A DNA stretch of 64,000 nucleotides from Candidatus Multivoradales bacterium (lineage in GTDB: Bacteria > Acidobacteriota > Thermoanaerobaculia > Multivoradales > J023). Shown here one piece after another: positions 1 to 8,512 of this stretch; within the stretch, counting starts at the first letter, position 1, and every line of letters starts with the position of its first letter. The notes beneath the pieces are model-generated. The model worked only from the letters and a program-made list of their open reading frames with translations. It searched no databases and was not told where the DNA came from. The position numbers and the translations under genes are program-made. Location: contig CBDFLE010000005.1 of assembly GCA_965248925.1 (NCBI GenBank), forward strand, positions 2,144,001 to 2,208,000. Direction: 5' to 3'.

Positions 1-380
1 GTACGAACGGGTTAGGGGTCCTGTCCGATGACTTGACTTGGCTCCAAGATCAACCAGACGGCCCTTTCCGTCTGTGGGCCGGACCGGCCGCCGGTTCGCC
101 GACGCAAGTTCTGCCGACTGCGGATGGAGTGCCCCTGGCGGCGATCGTATGCCCGACGATCACCGGCCGCCAAGCAAGCCGACTCGTCGCTCTATCCCTG
201 CCCCAGCTGTTGGAGGTTCTGCTGCCGCAGTGCAGCTTTCTCGCCCTTGGTTCCGAGGCCGGCGACCGCTTCGGACGACTGATTCGGGCAGCGGATTCAG
301 CGACGGCCTACCGCCTCGAAGCCGGCGGCGACCGCAGCGAGACAATAAGGATCTTGGGTCGGCTTTTCTCCCCTTGCTGA
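1..380 (+). CDS. HprK-related P-loop kinase, C-terminal part (5' end outside window)
   Basis: Frame is open from the window start (TNGLGVLSDDLTWL...). The LSDD motif and the tail (PLAAIVCP...AYRLEAG) resemble HprK-like/PEPCK-fold kinases. Confidence 0.55.
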   Translation, partial: TNGLGVLSDDLTWLQDQPDGPFRLWAGPAAGSPTQVLPTADGVPLAAIVCPTITGRQASRLVALSLPQLLEVLLPQCSFLALGSEAGDRFGRLIRAADSATAYRLEAGGDRSETIRILGRLFSPC

Positions 381-409
381 GGCCGCCGCCGGTCACTTTC
401 CTCGGCACC

Positions 410-1099
410 CTACGGCAGCTCGAATCGATAGCCCACATCGCGAATCGTCTGGATCAGACAAGGCTGCCGCGGGTCCGCTTCGATCTTGCTTCTCAAGGTG
501 GTAACGCAGCGATCAACACTGCGGGAGCCAACCAGGATGTCGCGTCCCCACACCGAGCGCATGATCTGGTCGCGGGTCAGGGCTCGCCCGGCCTGGCGCA
601 CGAATAGCTCCAACAAGCGAAACTCCTTCGGCGACAAGGCCAATTCTCGGCCTTGCTTGAGCAGCCGATGGGAGCGCAGATCTAGCTCACAATCGCCAAA
701 AGAGAAGGTTTCCGGCGCTAGCGCAGAAGCTCTTCGCCGACGCAGAAAAGCCGCCGAGCGGGCTAGCAATTCGCGCACACTAAATGGCTTGGTCAGATAG
801 TCGTCGGCACCGAGATTGAGACCGCGCACGATGTCCTCTTCCTGACCCTTGGCGGTGAGCATGATGATCGGCATGTCGAGCTCGGCGGCGCGGATCTGCT
901 GGCAGATCTCGAATCCGTTCAACTTGGGCAGCATAATGTCGAGAATTATCAGCTCGCTATCGTCAGCTAGCGCCGCCTCCAGACCCGCTTCGCCATCCCT
1001 AGCAGTCCGCACCTGGTAGCCCCGCAACTCGAAATTGTCCTTCAGGCCACGCAGCAGCGTCGGGTCGTCTTCGATGATCAATACCGACTCGTTGGGCAT
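410..1099 (-). CDS. OmpR/PhoB-family response regulator
   Basis: Receiver domain (LIIEDD, LDIMLP, GADDYLTKPF) plus winged-helix tail (IQTIRDVGYRF). Confidence 0.95.
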   Translation of the reverse strand: MPNESVLIIEDDPTLLRGLKDNFELRGYQVRTARDGEAGLEAALADDSELIILDIMLPKLNGFEICQQIRAAELDMPIIMLTAKGQEEDIVRGLNLGADDYLTKPFSVRELLARSAAFLRRRRASALAPETFSFGDCELDLRSHRLLKQGRELALSPKEFRLLELFVRQAGRALTRDQIMRSVWGRDILVGSRSVDRCVTTLRSKIEADPRQPCLIQTIRDVGYRFELP

Positions 1100-1105
1100 C
1101 TAGGA

Positions 1106-3097
1106 TCACTCCGTAGGGATCTCGGGCTCGCCAGGTGCCGCTGGCAAACAGACGGTGAAGGTGCTGCCCTCCCCTGGACGGCTGTCAACCGACACCGAGC
1201 CGCCGTGGGCCTGGACGATGAATTGGACGATGCTCAGCCCCAGGCCACAGCCGCTCTCAGGGCGGGAAAGGCTCTGGTCGACCTGGTAGAAACGGTCGAA
1301 GATTTTACCAGCGACGCGGCCCGACAGCCCGATGCCATGATCGCGCACCGCGAAGCACACCTCCCCGCCGTCACGATAGGTGCGTAAGACGATGTGGCGC
1401 TCGTCACCGGAGTATTTGTAGGCATTGTCGAGCAGGTTGAGGAGCACCGCGACCAAGGCATCCTGGTCGGCGATCAGGGCCGGCAAGCCAGGCTCGACCT
1501 GCACTTCGAAGTGACAGCCCGCGGCGCTGAATCGATCCGCGACCAACTCGCCAGCAGCCACGACCACCGCATCGGGCAAGATCCGCTGCCGATCGAAGTT
1601 TTGGCGCCCTTGTTCCATCCGCGAGAAGGTCAAGAAGTTGTCCACCAACCGCGACAAGCGGAGGTTCTCTTTAGCGATCAATTGCAAGTACTCGCGAACC
1701 CGCTGACCATCCTCGATCCCGCCATCCTCGAAACCACTGTCTAGCAAAGTGTCGACCAGCAGAAGCATCGACGCCAAGGGAGTCTTCAGCTCGTGGGAGA
1801 CGGTCGCTAGCAGATCGTTTTTCAGTCGAGTGAGCCGCAGTTGCCGCGAGATAGTACGGACCATCAGCGCGGCGACCATCAGCACCACCGCGACCACCAG
1901 GGCCGCGGTCAGCCGGTAGGCCCTAATCCGCTCCTTGGCCGCCACCGCGAAGAGGGTCTGATCTTCAGGAAGCAGCACCAGCTGCCAATCCTGGAGAAAG
2001 CCACCGGCAGGAAGCGACACCAGAAACACCTCCTCAGCCACCGCGCCAGGGGGGAGAAGCTCGACCTGGGTCCCCTCCGGCAGCCGCTGGCGACTGATCA
2101 GAGATTCTAGATCCTCGATCAGCTGCTGTTGGCTGTACAACCCCACCACCCGGCCGCTGGGAGCGGCGAGGTGCCAGACCTCCGGCAACCCACTGGGCTG
2201 TAGCGAGGTGGTCGGCGGGGTGGGTGGGTCGGAGTCAAGGTAGCGCTGGGCTAGCTCTTCGGCCTGCAGGGTGTCGAATACCGAGGCTTGCTCCGCAAGC
2301 GGGCCAGAGAGTTTCATCAGCTGCCGCATCAGAAAGAGACGCTGCACGGCGGGCAGGCCGGGATCTTCATAGTTGTCTAGACGGTCACCCAGGACCTTCG
2401 CCACCTGCTGGAATTTCGCGCTCGTTGGGTCACCGATCAACTCCAGCGCCCGTAGCTGGGCACTCGGCGCAATCAGGCGACCCTGAGAATCGACGGCAGC
2501 CCGGTATTCTGCGCCACCCAGTACAACGTTAAGTATGGAAATCGCCGCGGGCGTCTGCTGCGCTTGGACCAGACACCGGGCCTGGGCCAGAAGCGCTCGC
2601 GCGGCGAGATTCTGATCCGTCGCCCTCTCGGCGATCAGGGCATAACGCGCCGCCGCCGCCGCGCTCTGCCCTGAGTGCTCCAATCGTTCAGCTCGACGCC
2701 AGCTACGACTCGGTAAATTGAACTCGGGCTGAGAACTCCCCGCTGGTGCCGGATAGGCGGGGCGTCCAGACGGGTCCAAGACCACGACACTGTCCGCCAA
2801 GCCACCGCGCACCCGCGCGGCGAAGAGGCGCGAACCCGGAACCTCCTGATTCCGCCAATCCAGCTCTGCCAATCGGGCTTGCCAGTAGAGCTGCAATTCC
2901 TGCCGCAAGCCGACGAGCTGAGCCTGGTACACGTCGCTCAGCTTCTGACGCACCGCAAGCTGCTCGTTGCGCATCGCCTGGTTCATGAACCACAGCCCGC
3001 CCGCCGTGGGCAAGAGCACCACGGCGAGCAGCAACAACAAGACGGGCCACGACTCGGTGTCGTGACCCCGCCTGCGAAATGGCCGCCTGAGCTTCAT
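1106..3097 (-). CDS. Sensor histidine kinase with large extracytoplasmic, partly TPR-like domain
   Basis: Two TM segments, H-box VSHELKTPL, N-box NLLDNAYKYS, G-boxes DHGIG and GCGLGL. Confidence 0.93.
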   Translation of the reverse strand: MKLRRPFRRRGHDTESWPVLLLLLAVVLLPTAGGLWFMNQAMRNEQLAVRQKLSDVYQAQLVGLRQELQLYWQARLAELDWRNQEVPGSRLFAARVRGGLADSVVVLDPSGRPAYPAPAGSSQPEFNLPSRSWRRAERLEHSGQSAAAAARYALIAERATDQNLAARALLAQARCLVQAQQTPAAISILNVVLGGAEYRAAVDSQGRLIAPSAQLRALELIGDPTSAKFQQVAKVLGDRLDNYEDPGLPAVQRLFLMRQLMKLSGPLAEQASVFDTLQAEELAQRYLDSDPPTPPTTSLQPSGLPEVWHLAAPSGRVVGLYSQQQLIEDLESLISRQRLPEGTQVELLPPGAVAEEVFLVSLPAGGFLQDWQLVLLPEDQTLFAVAAKERIRAYRLTAALVVAVVLMVAALMVRTISRQLRLTRLKNDLLATVSHELKTPLASMLLLVDTLLDSGFEDGGIEDGQRVREYLQLIAKENLRLSRLVDNFLTFSRMEQGRQNFDRQRILPDAVVVAAGELVADRFSAAGCHFEVQVEPGLPALIADQDALVAVLLNLLDNAYKYSGDERHIVLRTYRDGGEVCFAVRDHGIGLSGRVAGKIFDRFYQVDQSLSRPESGCGLGLSIVQFIVQAHGGSVSVDSRPGEGSTFTVCLPAAPGEPEIPTE

Positions 3098-3106
3098 CGC
3101 CGGGCT

Positions 3107-4555
3107 CTACTCCTTTGCGATGCCTTCGACCACCGAGTCAAAGGCAGCCTGAAGCCCGGCGAATTTCTCCAACGGTGTACGGAAGATGAACTCGAGCCGT
3201 ACCTTCTCGACAAAGGTGTAGAGGCGGTACTGGACCCAGGGATTGCCGTCGCGCTCGAAATCGCCGACAAAGCTGATCAGGGGACGGCCGTCGATGGTTC
3301 GCTCGCTCCAACTGTCCTGGCGCACCTGATAGCCCTCGAAGCGCCGCTCGGCTCCGGCGAGTTCCCGCTTGGCATTCTCTAGTAGTCCGGGGCAGCGGCC
3401 ATGGGGACAGCGATCCACCTCCAGGGAGTTGAGCCCCGCGCCAGCGGCATCCAACAGCCGCACCGCGGTGCTATTGCTCTTGTCTGGCCGCGGCATTTCA
3501 TGCGACCACCAACCCTCCGGCAAGGTGACGGAGAAGCCAAAGTCCGTTAGGTCGAGGGTGACCGGCGCTCCCGGCTCAATGCGGTCGATCTTGGCCAACT
3601 CGATGATCGCTCCCCCACCCACTATCTTCAACGGATAGCGCTCGGCGGAGGTCGAAATCCACACCGTTTGGCCGGTGTCGATCTGCACCTTGAAACACTC
3701 GAACTCACCCGCCGGCACGGTGCAGGTCTCCTCACCGAGGACCTCTATTTCGGCCTCGATGATTTCTGGCGCCCAAGTGGGCAGGAAGCTGATCTTGACC
3801 TTGTAACCGGCTGCCAGCGGCAGTAGCCGCATCAGGTGTAACGACTGCTCGTTGTCATAGACCTGCACGTCGCCGTCCACATGGGTGTCGGCCGCGCCGC
3901 CCCTAACCTCCACGCCGTCGACGCCATAGGTTGCCTCGGCATTGCCGAGAACCCCATGCCGAAACGTACTGCTGATCGGCTGTTGAGAATGACGATGTAC
4001 CAGAATGCGACTGACGCCATGGTTACTAGCGGCGGTGACGGCGAACTTGCGCTGCTCCAACAGCCAGGCAGCGATCCCCTCGACCACCGTCGACTGCGCC
4101 CCCAGGTGTAGGGAGCCAATCACCTTGCCAGTGGTTAGGCTGATTTGGTAGTCGAGCGACTCACCATCCTGCCAAGGAACCAGACCCAAAGCGAGAGCTG
4201 GTTGGACCGTCGCCAGCCGCTCGCGGGCCTGGGCGACTAGCTGCTGCTGCTCCGGAAACTCTCGGATCAAGTTGTCGAGAGCCGCTCGGGCTGCAGCGTC
4301 GTTGCCCCTTTTCAGGTGGCAGATGCCGAGGCGAAACTGCGCCTGGGCCACATGCGGACGATTGGCCTCAGCATTCTCTACGACGCGGGAGTAGATCTCG
4401 ATAGCGGCGTCCAGGTCGCCGACCGTCTCTTCAGTGTAGAGACCCCGCTCCAGCAGCTCGGCAGCAGACTCCGCCGCCGCCGGTAGAGCGATTCCCAGGG
4501 TGAGGACCACCGCGAGCAGGAGCCGAGCAGAATTCGAAATGCGTATTGTGTTCAT
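3107..4555 (-). CDS. Secreted TPR protein with DUF3108-like central domain
   Basis: Signal peptide (ALPAAA|E), N-terminal TPRs (AQFRLGICHLK), E-x-x-TVPAGEFECFKV motif; first gene of the two-component operon. Confidence 0.75.
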   Translation of the reverse strand: MNTIRISNSARLLLAVVLTLGIALPAAAESAAELLERGLYTEETVGDLDAAIEIYSRVVENAEANRPHVAQAQFRLGICHLKRGNDAAARAALDNLIREFPEQQQLVAQARERLATVQPALALGLVPWQDGESLDYQISLTTGKVIGSLHLGAQSTVVEGIAAWLLEQRKFAVTAASNHGVSRILVHRHSQQPISSTFRHGVLGNAEATYGVDGVEVRGGAADTHVDGDVQVYDNEQSLHLMRLLPLAAGYKVKISFLPTWAPEIIEAEIEVLGEETCTVPAGEFECFKVQIDTGQTVWISTSAERYPLKIVGGGAIIELAKIDRIEPGAPVTLDLTDFGFSVTLPEGWWSHEMPRPDKSNSTAVRLLDAAGAGLNSLEVDRCPHGRCPGLLENAKRELAGAERRFEGYQVRQDSWSERTIDGRPLISFVGDFERDGNPWVQYRLYTFVEKVRLEFIFRTPLEKFAGLQAAFDSVVEGIAKE

Positions 4556-4595
4556 GACGTTACCTCCGTCTTCGTTGGTTTATCTAACCAAGGAG

Positions 4596-4628
4596 ACGAT
4601 ACGCAGCGCATGTTACCGACTTGTGACC
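4596..4628 (-). promoter_or_regulatory. Putative OmpR/PhoB-type tandem box plus -10 element of the TPR-HK-RR operon
   Basis: Minus strand GTCACaagtcgGTAAC (11-bp period) in the -35 position, followed by TATCGT. Confidence 0.55.
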
Positions 4629-4701
4629 GGCAGATCCTCTTCTTGTCCAATCGCGGGTTGCAGAGTCCCAATGGCGGCAGACTTCGCCCCGAGTTGCCGC
4701 A

Positions 4702-4827
4702 TCAGATTGCCCAATAGGTCACCGGTTGCGACAAGAACTGGTCGTTTCGATCAGAGAAGCGCCGCGGTGCCTGCAGACGGCGAGCGAACTCGGCGGCCTG
4801 CGGCCGGATATACTGCGATTTACTCAT
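4702..4827 (-). pseudogene. Probable N-terminal remnant of an AAA_14/DUF4143 ATPase
   Basis: MSKSQYIRPQAAEFARRLQAPRRF resembles the segment before the Walker A motif of these ATPases; similarity stops abruptly. Preceded by an AT-rich dyad. Confidence 0.4.
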
Positions 4828-4840
4828 GACACTGAGGAAT

Positions 4841-4862
4841 ATTACTCAATACTCTGAGTAAT
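4841..4862. promoter_or_regulatory. AT-rich inverted repeat (operator-like)
   Basis: ATTACTCA-N6-TGAGTAAT perfect 8-bp dyad, with an extra TTACTCA at 4820-4826. Confidence 0.5.
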
Positions 4863-4977
4863 TCCCAAGTCCACGGGCTAAATCCTCGCCCCACCACCCA
4901 TCGCCACCGGCGAGTTCTTTCCGGGTGCCGAAGGCCCTTACCGATTGGGGTCGCCTGGGGCTGGTCAGCAGCTGAGG

Positions 4978-5379
4978 CTATTCATGCAGGGAGAAGCCGT
5001 TGGCGGACGCTAGCGCAGTGTCGAAGGTGACCGTTTCCGCGCACCCTGCCCCGACGTTCTGCCGGCCGATCAGGTAGTCGGCGAAGCCAGCGCGGCCTTC
5101 TCGATAGTCAACCAGCGCCAGACGCACCAGATCTCGGCTCTGAAACTCGAAGAGCGGTACTTCAAGCAACCTCTCGATGGCAGCAGCGACAGCGTGACGG
5201 TCGAAGCGATAGATGCGGCCACTCAGGGTTCATGCTAGCTCGTAGAGGACCACCATACTGACGTAGAGGCGCCACCCTCCCCTTTCGGCCTGCTCGAGGA
5301 ACTCCTGGGCTCTCGGGCTCGGGACAGGATCATCGGCGGTGAGGAAACGCAATAAGACGTTGGTATCGAGGCCGATCAC
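4978..5379 (-). pseudogene. vapC: PIN-domain (VapC) toxin interrupted by an in-frame TGA
   Basis: GTG start overlaps the antitoxin stop. Reads MIGLDTNVLLRFL...YELA*TLSG...FADYLI...TFD; TGA at 5230-5232 (codon 50), where Trp is typical. Confidence 0.85.
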
Positions 5380-5645
5380 GATCGCTGGCCACGAATCCGC
5401 TCATCGTCAGCCGCGAGGTCCTCGCTCAGCGCATCGTCGAGCTGCCCCAGGACGACCGCTTCGCTACTGTCCGGGGTCAAGAAACTGTAGAGGTTTCGCA
5501 CTCTCCGACCGACGGGGCGCAGGACGACAGACCCACTGTCAGCAGCAATGAACTCGATCCGATCGCCCCACCCTAGGCCGAGCCGATCTCGCACCGATTT
5601 CGGCAGCGTAATCTGGCCTTTGCTGGTGAGCGTCGCAGTGGGCAT
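5376..5645 (-). CDS. AbrB/MazE/SpoVT-family antitoxin
   Basis: MPTATLTSKGQITLPKSVRDRLGL..GDRIEF signature; coupled to the PIN gene. Confidence 0.92.
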   Translation of the reverse strand: MPTATLTSKGQITLPKSVRDRLGLGWGDRIEFIAADSGSVVLRPVGRRVRNLYSFLTPDSSEAVVLGQLDDALSEDLAADDERIRGQRS

Positions 5646-5760
5646 GATAGCTCCCGGATCAAGGTAGGTTTCTTTCTTGAGGTAAGGCTAGCACTAGTGG
5701 GGCCGAGTTGAGAATCAAGAGCAGACTCTGGACAGTCTTGCCTGCCAACTTGTTCGCACC

Positions 5761-6174
5761 CTAGAACTTGGTCAGCACGGGATTAACGGCCAGCAGGCCA
5801 GAAGCCGCGATGAACTCGAAGTCCCGATCCTTGAACAGCAAGCTGAAACCGTTCTCGGCAGCCAAGACAGCGATCAGGCAGTCGATGGTCGAGCGAATGG
5901 TGATTCCCTTAGCGCGCAGCTGGCGGTAGAGGTCCGCGGCAACGAGATAGCTGGAAGGTTCACTGGGGCGCAAGTAGATCAAGCTCAGCAGACTGAAGCG
6001 AATCTCGGCAAAACTGGTGGGCCGGGTCAGTCCTTGCAGTACTTCCGCCAGCACCACTCCACAAATGGCAACCTCCTCTTCATCGGCCAACAACTCCGCC
6101 AAGGTCTCCACCTGTGGCGATGGATAGCCGTTGAAGAAATCCACCCAGACCGAGGTGTCGACCAGCACTCTCAA
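5761..6174 (-). CDS. vapC: PIN-domain toxin VapC (intact)
   Basis: VLVDTSVWVDF, E-VLQG, IRSTIDCLIA, DRDF motifs; likely TTG start overlapping the VapB stop. Confidence 0.9.
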   Translation of the reverse strand: MRVLVDTSVWVDFFNGYPSPQVETLAELLADEEEVAICGVVLAEVLQGLTRPTSFAEIRFSLLSLIYLRPSEPSSYLVAADLYRQLRAKGITIRSTIDCLIAVLAAENGFSLLFKDRDFEFIAASGLLAVNPVLTKF

Positions 6175-6389
6175 CTGGCAGGCCGTCCGGCAAGTCGGCG
6201 AAGCTCCTCCAGATCGCCTTCCCAAGGTGCCCTCCCCCGGAAGCCGAGCAGCTTCTTAGCTTGCTTGCGCCGCCCAAAGTCGCGCAATGCGAGGTTGATC
6301 ACCTCGGTCTTGTTGAGACCGTGGGCATGCTGCATCGCCAAGGCCAAGGCCTCGGCGTCGAGATTGAGGGTCGTCCGAGCGGCTTTCAT
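6171..6389 (-). CDS. vapB: VapB-family antitoxin
   Basis: RTTLNLD...KTEVINLAL...WEGDLEELR, directly upstream of the PIN toxin. Confidence 0.9.
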   Translation of the reverse strand: MKAARTTLNLDAEALALAMQHAHGLNKTEVINLALRDFGRRKQAKKLLGFRGRAPWEGDLEELRRLAGRPAS

Positions 6390-6464
6390 TGATCTGTATC
6401 CTCCATGCAGACGATACCTCGTATGGAGCAGGTCGTCAATTCAGTACCTGACCTTGTAGGCCGA

Positions 6465-7667
6465 CTAGAAGAACCAGGCCAGTCGCAGAGTCAGAAAATC
6501 ATCGTTCTGGATCGCGAAAAGAGGATCGTCAGCGTCGGCACCGCTGAAGACCCGCGCCTCGACGGCGAAGGTCCAGCCGTCGGCGAGGCGCCTCTCTCCC
6601 TCGGCAAAGTAGGCGCTGCCGCCTCCCTCGCGGTCAACTACTACCCCCGCCAGCAGGGAGCTGTCGTGGATGTCGTTCAACGCCCAGCGAGCGCCGACGA
6701 AGATGTCGTCGTCAAAAAAGGTCACCGGCGCCGAGGAATCACGACCGTCGACCAACAGCTCGACCAACACCCCCAGATCGCTAGCGCCGCTGCCAAGCTG
6801 GTAGAAGGTGTACTCAAGACCCGCCACCGCAGCAGCGAAGGTCTTGCCCTGCCCTTGACGGCCGATCGCTTCGAGCTTCCACAGCCAGGCGTTGTGGGTG
6901 TACTGCAAATCGACCCCCACTTGCTGAACCAGATCGTAGAAAGGCAGCAGAGCGCGCCCTTCAATCGTCGACAGCAAGCGTGGCTCGCGACCGGTGCCGC
7001 GGAAATAGTAGGCGCCAAAATCCCAATCGCCAAGGTAATGCGAATAGCGCAGGGCCAGGTCGAGATGCCCATCCTCGGCACTCGACTCGTAGAGCGGCCG
7101 ATCGCTGTCGACCGCCAAGGGTGGCCGCAGTCGCCCTTCCTCGCCGGCAAAGGTGCGCTCGCGAAAGGCCGGCATGACGAACAGGCTCAATGTTCCCCAG
7201 TCTCGCTGAGTACTCAGCCGCACCATCGGCTGGCCCAGCTTGTCTTCGCCATCGACCTCTTCCACCGCATCGGTCTGATTGATCACGTCCACCAAGTGGA
7301 GGGACTCGGTGACTCCCCAAAAAACCTTGTCAATCCCTACTGTCAGCTCCCAAGAATCGGCGATGTAGAGCCAATATGCCTCGCGCAGGTCGAAGTGGGT
7401 GCGCTCGTCGTCGTTGCCGTCGAGGCGTAGAAAAGGAATGAAGCTCAGCTTGTGGCGTCCTTCCTCAGAGGTGTAGCGCCACTCTGGTTGCAGGGTCAAC
7501 GAGGGCTGGGTTGACTCACTGTCTTGCCCGGCAAAGACCGGATCGGCGGCAAAGACGCGCAGTTCCAGGGCTGCCGAACCGGACCAGCGTAGTTCACCTG
7601 ACCCAGCCGACGACACAGAGGTAGAGGCCAGCAACAGGGCGGCAACCACCTTCCCTGGGCGATGCAT
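6465..7667 (-). CDS. Outer-membrane beta-barrel protein of an MMPL/LolA-like cassette
   Basis: Signal peptide, LREAY...FWGV motif, amphipathic strands, C-terminal aromatic WFF. Confidence 0.75.
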   Translation of the reverse strand: MHRPGKVVAALLLASTSVSSAGSGELRWSGSAALELRVFAADPVFAGQDSESTQPSLTLQPEWRYTSEEGRHKLSFIPFLRLDGNDDERTHFDLREAYWLYIADSWELTVGIDKVFWGVTESLHLVDVINQTDAVEEVDGEDKLGQPMVRLSTQRDWGTLSLFVMPAFRERTFAGEEGRLRPPLAVDSDRPLYESSAEDGHLDLALRYSHYLGDWDFGAYYFRGTGREPRLLSTIEGRALLPFYDLVQQVGVDLQYTHNAWLWKLEAIGRQGQGKTFAAAVAGLEYTFYQLGSGASDLGVLVELLVDGRDSSAPVTFFDDDIFVGARWALNDIHDSSLLAGVVVDREGGGSAYFAEGERRLADGWTFAVEARVFSGADADDPLFAIQNDDFLTLRLAWFF

Positions 7668-7681
7668 GCTCGTATTCCTCT

Positions 7682-8512
7682 TCAGCGGATCCGCCGCAAG
7701 ACGCCTTGGGTAAAGTCCTTATTCTCGAGGCCGACGGAAAACTGGTAATCGGAATAGACCAGATCTGTGCTCTTGCCGCTTTTGTGATTGACCATGTGCA
7801 AGGTGTGGGCTCGCCAATAGCTTTCTCGATGCAGCCGATAATCCTCCAGAGTCAGAGTCTTTAGCAGATCACCTCGCCGGTCGTAGAATTCCACTTGACG
7901 AATCTGAAAACACTGCTGATCGACCCAAGCGATCTGCCGGGTGTAGCCCGAATGCTCATAGCGCGGCAGGCGTTCGATCACGTCGCAAGTGAGCGACGCG
8001 CAGGGTTCGCTGCGCAAGTATTTGTAGGTGAACTTGTTGAGCTCGAGGGAGGTGAAATCTTCGAAAGCGAACTCACTGCCAACGAAAGGCCCCGACTTGT
8101 TGGCCGAGGAGATCCGTTTCACCCGCTTCAACGCCGGTAGGTAGAGCCACTGGTCGTCCGGCTCGAGAATCTTGGCATGGGACAGCAGTGCGGTGCCGGA
8201 GATATCTGCCGGGCTGGTGAAAATCGTCAGACTCTTGTCGCCGACATCTTCGGCCGCTACTTCCAGGGTCTTGATCGACAACGAGCGGGTGCTCTCGGCG
8301 CCGGCGGCGTTGCGCAAAACCATCTTCAAGTCGACACTGGTATCACCGAAACCGCGATCGCTGCGATCGCTGCGCGCGGCGATCGCAAAGCCCTTCTCCG
8401 CCGCCGTCTGGCCGGCTGCCATAGCCGGCAGGATTAGCAACAGGGCCACAGGAATGAACGCCACGGGCGCAGAAACAAATTCAGCTAGCTTTGGCCAGTG
8501 CAATATCTTCAT
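7682..8512 (-). CDS. LolA-like outer-membrane lipoprotein-sorting protein
   Basis: DDQWLYLPALKRVKRISS..KSGPFVGSEFAFED motif. Start chosen at ATG 8512 (MKILHW), overlapping the MMPL end. Confidence 0.85.
   Translation of the reverse strand: MKILHWPKLAEFVSAPVAFIPVALLLILPAMAAGQTAAEKGFAIAARSDRSDRGFGDTSVDLKMVLRNAAGAESTRSLSIKTLEVAAEDVGDKSLTIFTSPADISGTALLSHAKILEPDDQWLYLPALKRVKRISSANKSGPFVGSEFAFEDFTSLELNKFTYKYLRSEPCASLTCDVIERLPRYEHSGYTRQIAWVDQQCFQIRQVEFYDRRGDLLKTLTLEDYRLHRESYWRAHTLHMVNHKSGKSTDLVYSDYQFSVGLENKDFTQGVLRRIR

Noticed and set aside
5230-5232. TGA recoding (Trp or Sec) in vapC
   Set aside because: Many neighbouring genes end in TGA and use TGG for Trp, and the position is not a Cys site; a nonsense mutation is simpler.
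6405-7430. 341-aa plus-strand ORF
   Set aside because: Antisense shadow of the outer-membrane protein gene; no motifs; expected in high-GC DNA.
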